Shown here: in pieces, positions 56,466 through 64,000 of the stretch | Position numbering within the stretch: position 1 is the stretch's first letter | Layout: each line of letters starts with the position of its first letter | NCBI GenBank assembly: GCA_965214605.1 | Contig: OZ243961.1 | Coordinates: 256,001-320,000 of the forward strand | Direction: 5' to 3' | DNA: 64,000 nucleotides | DNA from: an uncultured Candidatus Binatia bacterium | GTDB taxonomy: Bacteria; Desulfobacterota; Binatia; Bin18 | Made by a program: the position numbers and the translations under genes | Notes under the pieces: generated by a model | Told to the model about the DNA's origin: nothing | Seen by the model: only the letters and a program-made list of their open reading frames with translations | Database searches by the model: none

Positions 56466-56508
56466 GAACAGGTCGCTGATGGCGTGTGGAGATAAGGAGA
56501 CAGTGTGC

Positions 56509-57669
56509 ATGTTCACGGCCCCGTCCAGATATTTTAATCAAGAACATGAGATCTTCCGCGAACAGGTCCGGAACTTCGTGGATAAAGAGATTGAACCATA
56601 TATTGATCAATGGGAGGAGGAGCGCCTCTTTCCCAAATCGCTGTATCGTCGTATGGGCGAACTCGGCTTTCTCGGTATTCGTCTGCCCGAGGAGTATGGC
56701 GGGAGCGAGGGCGACATTTGGATGGCGTTGGTCTTTTGTGAAGAATTGTGTCGCTGTCATGCGCTCGGCTTACCGATGAGCGTTCTGGTCCATACCGATA
56801 TGTCGACCACCCACATTGCCCGTTACGGCACGCCGCAACAGAAAGACAAGTATCTGCGGCCCTTAATCGCTGGTGAACAGGTGTGTGCGATCGCGGTCTC
56901 CGAGCCCTCGGGCGGATCGAACGTCGCCGGGATTCAGACCACGGCCGTGAAAGACGGGGATGTGTATGTCATCAATGGAGCGAAGATTTTCATCACCAAC
57001 GCTGTGCATGCCGATACGTTCTGCGTTGCGGCCAAAACCGACAAAAACCGCGACCATAAGGGCGTGTCGATGTTCATTGTTGAGCGAGATACCCCGGGCT
57101 TTCAGTTGGCCAAAAAACTCAGAAAGATGGGCAATCACTCTTCAGACACCGGCGAGTTGGTCTTTGAGGATGTGCGGGTTCCGCGCGCCAATCTGTTGGG
57201 CGAAGAGGGACAGGGCTTTTACTACATTATGAAGAACTTCCAGGACGAGCGGCTGATCGCGGCGAGTATGGCGGTCAGCGCCTCTCAGCGCGCCTTAGAA
57301 GATACCATTCGCTATACCCGCCAACGAGAAACCTTTGGGAAACGGGTCTTTGACCATCAGGTTATTGGCCATCGTCTGGCCGATCTTGCCACCAAGCTTG
57401 AGGCGGCGCGCCAGCTGACCTATTACGCCGCCGATGTCCTGAACTCTGGTCGTGACGCGAGTACAGAAGTGTCGATGGCCAAGCTGTACGCGACTGAACT
57501 GGCCAATGAGTTGGCCTCTGAGTGTTTGCAATTTCACGGCGGCTATGGCTACATGGAAGAGTTTCACATTGAGCGTTTTTATCGAGACATGCGTATGACC
57601 AATATCGGAGGAGGAACGTCGGAGATCATGCGCGAGATTATTGCCTATCGGGGATTGGATCGGGACTAA
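56509..57669 (+). CDS. Acyl-CoA dehydrogenase
   Basis: AVSEPSGGS, NGAKIFITN, ERL, QFHGGYGY, IGGGTSEI. Confidence 0.95.
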   Translation: MFTAPSRYFNQEHEIFREQVRNFVDKEIEPYIDQWEEERLFPKSLYRRMGELGFLGIRLPEEYGGSEGDIWMALVFCEELCRCHALGLPMSVLVHTDMSTTHIARYGTPQQKDKYLRPLIAGEQVCAIAVSEPSGGSNVAGIQTTAVKDGDVYVINGAKIFITNAVHADTFCVAAKTDKNRDHKGVSMFIVERDTPGFQLAKKLRKMGNHSSDTGELVFEDVRVPRANLLGEEGQGFYYIMKNFQDERLIAASMAVSASQRALEDTIRYTRQRETFGKRVFDHQVIGHRLADLATKLEAARQLTYYAADVLNSGRDASTEVSMAKLYATELANELASECLQFHGGYGYMEEFHIERFYRDMRMTNIGGGTSEIMREIIAYRGLDRD

Positions 57670-57787
57670 CAAGAACGTCACCCAGGCCGGAGAGTGGCCT
57701 CCGGCTTCCTGAGAGGAGTGGCCGTGGGGGTGAGTGTCCCTCGGCTCGGTGGTAGAGCGGAGGCGGGGTTGCGGAGGAGGAAGAGCT

Positions 57788-58273
57788 ATGGGAGCAGTGT
57801 TGGATGTGGATATGCCACAGAAGATGTTCGCGCGCCGAATTCAGCCGTTTGGCATCGCTCTAGCCCAGGTATCCTGGCGGGTCAAAATGTTCACCCACGA
57901 CGGAGTCGTGCTGGCCGCGGTCTATCTTGAGGAGCCGAACCTGGTTGTGGGCATGTCGTTTTGGCAGGACGAGGAAACCGCCCGCCATCTGTTTAGAGGA
58001 GCAGTTGAGATTGGCCTGTGTGCGGACACCGACCCACCGGGGCGAGTCTGTTTGAGGGTTGAGCTTGATACCGAAATGGTCGATGAGTTGTTCACGGCCG
58101 CAGAGCGGCTCAACCCGTGCCCGACCCGGACGAGTGCCAGCCGGGCCAAGCGCCATTTTTCACACTTTTTATCCGAGGCTTTTCCAGACACGCCGCAGGT
58201 CTGGTCTCGCTCGTACAGTTGGCGGGCCGATCGCTCTCCCCGACGAGCGGCCCAGCCCATACGGGTTGGATAA
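57788..58273 (+). CDS. Hypothetical protein
   Basis: ORF with GGAGGAGG RBS, no motif recognised. Confidence 0.55.
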   Translation: MGAVLDVDMPQKMFARRIQPFGIALAQVSWRVKMFTHDGVVLAAVYLEEPNLVVGMSFWQDEETARHLFRGAVEIGLCADTDPPGRVCLRVELDTEMVDELFTAAERLNPCPTRTSASRAKRHFSHFLSEAFPDTPQVWSRSYSWRADRSPRRAAQPIRVG

Positions 58274-58379
58274 CCGCCGTGTGGATTTGCTCACCTTGTC
58301 CAGTTTGCGTATAGTAGCCCGGCCTAAGGAAGCGAGGTGCCTTCCGTGGCCCATTTCGATTTGGTAAGGAGGGAAACGT

Positions 58380-58859
58380 ATGGCTGATGATGCACTCAGA
58401 GAGAAAGTCAAAGAAATCCTGCTTGAGCTTGGCGTTTTTTCTGGTCAGCGTGAAATTACGATGGAAGAGATGGCTATCCTACAGGGGCAGCAAACGGGTC
58501 TCGCCCGGATTATGCCTGAGATTGGACAGCGAACCTGGAAACTCTTCTATGCGGCAAAAGAGGGCCACTGGGACCTGGCCAACTTCCAGTACTCGGAGAT
58601 TACGGAGTTGATGGAACTCGGGGCCTATGCCCGGCCGAAGCACGAAGAGGCGCTCAATCAGTTCATGGCCGAGGACTGGCCGTCTGTTGGTGAGGCGATT
58701 AAAAACAAGGATTTTGAGGCGTTTGAGGCGGCTTTTCATAAGGCCATTGAGCAGGCCAACGCCTATCACGAACTCAAGGACAGACCCTATATCCGTTGGC
58801 AGCTGCCTTCCGTCCCGCCGGAAGACCTGGAACTCAAACCGCGTGGGGGGGCGAAATAG
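58380..58859 (+). CDS. Four-helix-bundle hypothetical protein, cytochrome c'-like with degenerate haem motif
   Basis: KLFYAAKEGHWDLANF...AIKNKDFEAFEAAF...ANAYH...PYIRW. Strong RBS. Confidence 0.7.
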   Translation: MADDALREKVKEILLELGVFSGQREITMEEMAILQGQQTGLARIMPEIGQRTWKLFYAAKEGHWDLANFQYSEITELMELGAYARPKHEEALNQFMAEDWPSVGEAIKNKDFEAFEAAFHKAIEQANAYHELKDRPYIRWQLPSVPPEDLELKPRGGAK

Positions 58860-58948
58860 GCTCCTCTGCGGCGTCTTAAGGAGCCTGAGACCTTGCGCGC
58901 CTGGATTGGCGCTCCCTTCAGGGGTCAAAGAATGTCAGTGTGGAAAAG

Positions 58949-58969
58949 AGGGCAGCCCATGGCTGCCCT
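58949..58969. other. GC-rich hairpin upstream of the FadF-like gene
   Basis: AGGGCAGCC-CAT-GGCTGCCCT with no clear U-tract. Confidence 0.4.
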
Positions 58970-58996
58970 TCGCTCGTTGTATAAGGAGGGAAGATA

Positions 58997-61042
58997 ATGT
59001 CTGGTGTGCTTTTTCTCCTCGTCGTCCTAGCTGCCCTGGGATTCTTTGTCTTTACCCTGTACGGTCGTCTTCGGCTCTTGCTCGCCGCCGGGCCGGTGAA
59101 GCGTTTTGACCGGATTGCCGAGCGCATCAAGGCGGTGGTGGTCTACGCTTTTGGCCAACAGAAGTTCGTGGTCGGCGAACAGCCGGCCGGCTGGATGCAT
59201 ATCCTCATCTTTTGGGGCTTTCTGATTCTGGGTCTGCAGGTTGTGACCATGTTTGGCCGTGCCTTTTCGGAGCATTTTTTCGTGCCCGGTTTTGCACCCG
59301 ATCAGTTAGGAGGGCCGTTCTTTGTGCTGCGCGACCTCATGGAGGTCATCGTGATCGGAGCGGTTTCGGTGGCCATCTACCGCTGGCTGGTGTCGCATCC
59401 GCCCCGGCTGTTTGGCTATAAACCGGCCGAAGAGCGCCTGGCCGGGCAGTCACACTGGGAAGCCGTCCTCATCCTGTTTTTTATCTTTACGATCATGCTC
59501 TCCGGCCTGCTGTACGACGGTGGGCGGTTGGTCTTTTTGGCCGGCGATCCCGTGATCGAAGCCGAGCGGCGCTGGCAACCGATCGGATCCCTGGTTGCCC
59601 TGGTGTTGTCGACGGTTGGAGTAGGATTTGCCGAGTTTGTGAGCGACGCCTCGTGGTGGATCCATAATCTGGTGATTCTGGCCTTTCTCAATCTGCTGCC
59701 GCGCTCCAAGCATTTCCATATTATTACCTCAATTCCGAACGTTTTCTTCCGCAAACTCGAGCCCGCCGGCGCGCTCGACAAGATGGATCTGGAGAACTCC
59801 GAGACCTTTGGCACCTCGTTTATCAATCAATTCACCTGGAAACAGGCGCTTGATATGTATAGCTGTACCGAGTGTGGGCGGTGTTCTTCCCAGTGTCCGG
59901 CGACGGCCAGTGGGAAGGAACTTGCCCCGCGCCAGCTGCTCCTCAATCTGCGCGACTATCTGTATGATCATCAGGCTGAGATGATTGGCTCCCGGTTTGA
60001 CCAGGCCAATGGCAAACACGAGGCCGCGCTCGTGGGCGAGAATGTGGTGGGTGAGAACCTGATTCAGGACAACGTGCTGTGGGCGTGTACGACGTGTCGG
60101 GCGTGCGAAGAGGCCTGTCCGGTGATGATCGAATATGTTGATAAGATCGTTGATATGCGCCGCCACTTAGTGCAGGAAGAAGCCCGGTTTCCTTCCGAAC
60201 TGACCCGGACCTTTAAGGGCATGGAAACCCAGGGGAACCCGTGGGGGATGAGTTACGACAAGCGTATGGATTGGGCCGAGGGGATAGCGGTCCCCCTCCT
60301 CGCCGACAATCCGAATGCGGAATATTTATACTTTGTGGGCTGTGCCGGGGCTTTTGACGACCGTAACAAAAAGACGGTTGCCGCCTTTGCCAGAATTCTG
60401 AATAAGGCCGGGGTGAGTTTTGCCGTGCTCGGTCCCGAGGAGCCGTGTAACGGCGAGACCGCCCGGCGGCTGGGCAATGAATACCTGTTTCAGACCATGG
60501 CCGAAGCTGCGGTCGAGGTGATGAACGGCTATGGCGTCCGCAAGGTCATTGCCAACTGTCCGCACTGTTTTAATACGCTGAAAAACGAGTATCCGCAGTT
60601 TGGTGGCGACTACGAAGTGCTATCGGCGGCCGAACTCGTCGATCATCTGTTCAAAGCGGGCAAACTGACCGTTCGGGAAGACCTTGATCTCAATGTTACC
60701 TATCACGACTCGTGCTATTACGGCCGCCACAATAATATCTACGAGTCGCCGCGCCAAGTGATTGCCAAGATCATGGGGAAAGCCCCGCACGAGATGGAGC
60801 GTCATCGCCAGACCGGCATGTGTTGTGGCGGCGGCGGCGGCTGGATGTGGATGGATGAACCCCAGGACCAGCGGGTGAACATCCTGCGGGCCGAGCAAGC
60901 CCTGGAAACCCATCCAGACGTGGTCGCGGTGTCGTGCCCCTTTTGCATGACCATGCTGAGTGACGGCGTCAAAGCCAAAGAGGTCGACGAACGGGTCCGG
61001 GTCCTTGACGTCATGGAACTTGTCGATCGAGCTAGCGATTGA
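58997..61042 (+). CDS. FadF-like membrane Fe-S oxidoreductase (cytochrome b region + 2x[4Fe-4S] + CCG domains)
   Basis: Transmembrane N-terminus with His residues, CTECGRC...CP, CTTCRAC...CP, CPHC, YHDSCY, CCGGGGG, CPFC. Confidence 0.9.
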   Translation: MSGVLFLLVVLAALGFFVFTLYGRLRLLLAAGPVKRFDRIAERIKAVVVYAFGQQKFVVGEQPAGWMHILIFWGFLILGLQVVTMFGRAFSEHFFVPGFAPDQLGGPFFVLRDLMEVIVIGAVSVAIYRWLVSHPPRLFGYKPAEERLAGQSHWEAVLILFFIFTIMLSGLLYDGGRLVFLAGDPVIEAERRWQPIGSLVALVLSTVGVGFAEFVSDASWWIHNLVILAFLNLLPRSKHFHIITSIPNVFFRKLEPAGALDKMDLENSETFGTSFINQFTWKQALDMYSCTECGRCSSQCPATASGKELAPRQLLLNLRDYLYDHQAEMIGSRFDQANGKHEAALVGENVVGENLIQDNVLWACTTCRACEEACPVMIEYVDKIVDMRRHLVQEEARFPSELTRTFKGMETQGNPWGMSYDKRMDWAEGIAVPLLADNPNAEYLYFVGCAGAFDDRNKKTVAAFARILNKAGVSFAVLGPEEPCNGETARRLGNEYLFQTMAEAAVEVMNGYGVRKVIANCPHCFNTLKNEYPQFGGDYEVLSAAELVDHLFKAGKLTVREDLDLNVTYHDSCYYGRHNNIYESPRQVIAKIMGKAPHEMERHRQTGMCCGGGGGWMWMDEPQDQRVNILRAEQALETHPDVVAVSCPFCMTMLSDGVKAKEVDERVRVLDVMELVDRASD

Positions 61043-61098
61043 GCGCGGCCGATGATCTGTTCCTTGACAATTTTACGCAAGAGAGGTGGGCACCCCCC

Positions 61099-62148
61099 AT
61101 GCTAGAGCAACTTGAAAATACCCATCTGGTCGATATGCAACCCCTCATAACCCCGCGTTCGGTCAAAGCCGACTTCCCACTGGCCGAGCCGACAGCCGAA
61201 CTCATCTCGCGAACACGCCAGGCCATCCGCGCGATTCTCCATGGCCGGGACCGGCGCCGCTTGCTGGTGGTGACCGGCCCGTGCTCCATCCACGACGCCG
61301 AGACTGCCTACGAGTACGCTGGGCGCCTCAAAAAAATCATTGACACCACGCACGATCGACTGGTTGTTGTCATGCGGACCTATTTTGAAAAGCCCCGCAC
61401 CACGGTCGGCTGGAAAGGTTTAATTAACGACCCCTACCTAGACGGCTCGTGTGATATTCCCACCGGCTTACAGATGGCCCGCGAGATCCTCCTGCACATC
61501 AACCAGCTGGGCGTACCATGCGCCGTCGAGGTGCTCGATCCGGTCACGCCCCAATACGTGGCCGATCTGATCAGCTGGGCAGCCATTGGCGCGCGAACAA
61601 CCGAGAGCCAAACCCACCGCGAGATGGCCAGCGGGCTGTCCATGCCGATCGGTTTTAAAAACGGGACCGATGGCAAAATCCAGAGCGCCATTAATGCGAT
61701 GATTTCGGCCCGTCACCCGCATAGCTTCCTGGGCATCAATGCCGACGGCATGACCTGTGTGATTAAGACTGGCGGCAATCCCGACCGACATATTGTGTTG
61801 CGTGGCGGGGGCGGAAAGCCGAACTGCGGTCCCGAGGATATTGCCCGGGCGGTTGAACTCGTCGCGTCTGAAGAAATCGCCCGGGCGATCATGGTTGATT
61901 GTTCGCACGATAACTCGGGCAAGGATCACACCAGGCAGGGCCAGGTGTGTCGCGATGCCCTGAGGGTCTTTCGTGAGGGGCAGGATGCGCTCATGGGCCT
62001 GTTGATCGAGAGCAATCTGAGACCGGGGAAACAGACCTGGAAAGAGGGCGTACGGCTCGAACACGGGGTGTCAATTACCGACGCCTGTATTGGTTGGGAA
62101 GAAACCGAGCGGTTGTTGTACGAAATCGCTGAGGCGACTCCCGTCTAG
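61099..62148 (+). CDS. 3-deoxy-7-phosphoheptulonate synthase, class I-alpha (AroF/G/H type)
   Basis: GPCSIHD, YFEKPRTTVGWKG, IGARTTESQTHRE, GFKNGTDG, DCSHDNS, SITDACIGW. Confidence 0.96.
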   Translation: MLEQLENTHLVDMQPLITPRSVKADFPLAEPTAELISRTRQAIRAILHGRDRRRLLVVTGPCSIHDAETAYEYAGRLKKIIDTTHDRLVVVMRTYFEKPRTTVGWKGLINDPYLDGSCDIPTGLQMAREILLHINQLGVPCAVEVLDPVTPQYVADLISWAAIGARTTESQTHREMASGLSMPIGFKNGTDGKIQSAINAMISARHPHSFLGINADGMTCVIKTGGNPDRHIVLRGGGGKPNCGPEDIARAVELVASEEIARAIMVDCSHDNSGKDHTRQGQVCRDALRVFREGQDALMGLLIESNLRPGKQTWKEGVRLEHGVSITDACIGWEETERLLYEIAEATPV

Positions 62149-62289
62149 GAACAAGCCCGACCGAGATAATCTCGGCCGCAGGCTTGGGACTGGCAACATC
62201 TTTCACGACCTTGCGGGCCGAGGCCATGGGCGGCAGGAGGGGGATTGCTTCGAGTCCCCGCTGCTCGGCCCTGCGCAGCGGGGCGACAA

Positions 62290-62600
62290 TGTCAATACTC
62301 ACGACAATCCCGAATTTTCATCGGGTTCATGCCCAGGACTCGCAGAGCCGTATAACCTGTGCCAAGGAAGACGCGGGGCCCGGGGCGATGCGATGACATA
62401 GAGGCCCCGGGTGCCTGGGATAGACACGCCAGTGCCGACCTTGATCTGCGGGGTGTTGCGTGCGAGGCCAGGGCGAGGCTGGCACAGCAGTCCGACCAAA
62501 TCATTTGTGAATCCGGCACCCGGTCATAGCCAAGCTCTTCGGCATATTTGATCAGCTGCCAATCGTCGATTGTAGGAGCCACTGTAAAACTCAATTCCAT
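62290..62600 (-). pseudogene. LLM-class flavin-dependent oxidoreductase remnant
   Basis: AEELGYDR.PDSQMIWSD, IKVGTGVSIPGTR and GTGYTALRVLGM are split across frames with deletions. Confidence 0.75.
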
Positions 62601-63377
62601 ATCGGCGAGAGAGTAGCCGGACTGTACGAGCAGAGCTGTTTGGCGGCCTCGGACAAACTCCGGCGGTTCCGGGACAAGACCGAGTGCACACTCTGACCGA
62701 GAACCGGCATGGTCTGTGGGAGGGGAACGCTTTTGGGCCGCTGCTCCCTGGGTCGCGCAGCCGAGCTTCCGGTTTGTGGAAGGCAGGGCGGTCAGTGGTA
62801 GGCTGTCTTATCAGGCCCTCAGAGAAGCCCAACCTGCTCTGGAGGCTTAAAAGGATGGTGCTCCAGACGGTCACTTGGACAGTATGGCGGCCTTCATCTC
62901 ATATCTCTGCCATGGAGCTGATTCACCGCTGTCCGTGCGAACGCGCGCAGTGCAGATGTTCCAGCGCTTGACAGCAAAGCCGTCCTGGCTCGCTGCTCCT
63001 AAGAGGGCGCAGGCCAAAACGCTCCCATGCGAGGACTAGCTGGGGAGACAGTGGTCGTCACCGTGTCTGAGCGAGCTGAATGCTGCGGTCGGCCAGCGTC
63101 AGGGGAGGGGGGAGGGGAAAGTCCTGGGGACGCTGAGCGGCAGAGGCAGTCATGCCCCTGGGCGAGGCCGGGCTTGGGAGTCTCGCCGCATGCTGCTCAC
63201 GGCCTCGCCGTGGTCCGTCAAGGTATGCGCTCAGTTCCAGCTCACGCGTGGAGAGTGGGGTCACGAGCCATACAGCTGCCATTGAAGGAGCGTTCCGGAC
63301 GGTTTCCTCACGGGTTGCCACTGCCAGGCGGCGTAGCCCGCGCCCCTGCTGAGAGAGCGGCGGTCACTTGTGAGAGA

Positions 63378-64000
63378 CTAGCGCCCTTTGGGCATCTCCA
63401 GTACCCGTTCGGCAATAATATTGCGCAGGATTTCCGACGTGCCCCCTTCAATCGTGTTCGCTTTTGAACGAATGAAGCCGTATTGCCAGTAGGCGTTGTT
63501 GTCCCCGTCAACGTCTTGATACAGCTGGGCGTAGGGCCCCTGCATATCAACCGCCAGTGCTTGGAGGCGTTGATTCGACTCGGCCCAGTGCAGCTTCGCA
63601 ATCGACCCCTCGGCTCCTGGCGGCGTGCCGCGCAAAAGTTTTGTCAGCGTGCGATAGTTGTTGAGCTTTAACACCTCACTATCAATATAGGCCTGGGCCA
63701 TTCTCTGCCGAACGTGGGGCGAATCCTTAAGCGGCTCACCGTAACGGGTCTCCCCGTGGACCTTTTGCCGGAGATCCTGATAGGCGCGCTGCATGGCAAA
63801 CGTAAAGTAGAATCCCAAACCCTGGCGTTCGAACATCAGCGAGGTGATAATCACTCGCCAGCCCTGGTCTTTTTCACCCAAAAGCTGAGCCTTAGGAACT
63901 TTGACGTCTTCGAAGAACACCTCGTTGAACTCACTCTCGCCAGTCATAGTCCGCAGCGGCTGAACATTGATGCCGGGACTGTTCATATCGACCAGCAGGG
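63378..64000 (-). CDS. Acyl-CoA dehydrogenase, 5' partial
   Basis: PGINVQPL, FNEVFFEDVKVP, GSIAKL, TIEGGTSEILRNIIAERVL. Confidence 0.93.
   Translation of the reverse strand, partial: LLVDMNSPGINVQPLRTMTGESEFNEVFFEDVKVPKAQLLGEKDQGWRVIITSLMFERQGLGFYFTFAMQRAYQDLRQKVHGETRYGEPLKDSPHVRQRMAQAYIDSEVLKLNNYRTLTKLLRGTPPGAEGSIAKLHWAESNQRLQALAVDMQGPYAQLYQDVDGDNNAYWQYGFIRSKANTIEGGTSEILRNIIAERVLEMPKGR

Noticed and set aside
3068-56509. Extended N-termini in the ORF track (3068, 17832, 24948, 28325, 29668, 32636, 35103, 42511, 55020, 56347)
   Set aside because: They overlap upstream genes or promoters. Downstream starts with RBS or family-typical N-termini fit better.
1-64000. CRISPR array, cas genes, rRNA, tRNA, reverse transcriptase, intact integrase or transposase
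   Set aside because: No regularly spaced repeats or diagnostic motifs seen by eye. A covariance-model scan would be needed to fully exclude structured RNAs.

Overview
Bacterial genomic window with two halves. (1) Positions 1 to about 24.85 kb are a defence island built on a decayed PFGI-1/ICEclc-type integrative conjugative element. It carries a SNF2(DUF3883)-DUF1156 methyltransferase-HEPN/DUF499 ATPase restriction-like module, HipBA, McrBC, a CBASS operon (patatin, CD-NTase, E2-SEC-C) with divergent CapH/CapP-like regulators, an XRE gene with a pseudogenised uncharacterised partner, an orphan dynamin-like GTPase with its own operator-flanked promoter, and a RelE/HigA-type toxin-antitoxin pair. 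Broken ICE genes (VirB4/TraC, TraG_N) and a relic of a second DUF499 ATPase lie between these modules. (2) From about 25 kb to 64 kb is GC-richer core and metabolic genome: dnaE, hflX, a pgsA-like gene, a three-gene ferritin-like di-iron / HMG-CoA-reductase-like / DAG-kinase-like operon, rnhB, pdhC-lpdA-lipB-lipA, amidohydrolase, queE, class III CoA-transferases, VOC proteins, an FG-GAP protein, a hydantoinase/oxoprolinase, acyl-CoA dehydrogenases, a FadF-like oxidoreductase and DAHP synthase. The best candidates for undescribed biology are the HMGR-like lipid operon and the orphan GTPase. No CRISPR array, rRNA, tRNA or intact integrase was seen. All calls come from motif recognition by eye; no database searches were run.
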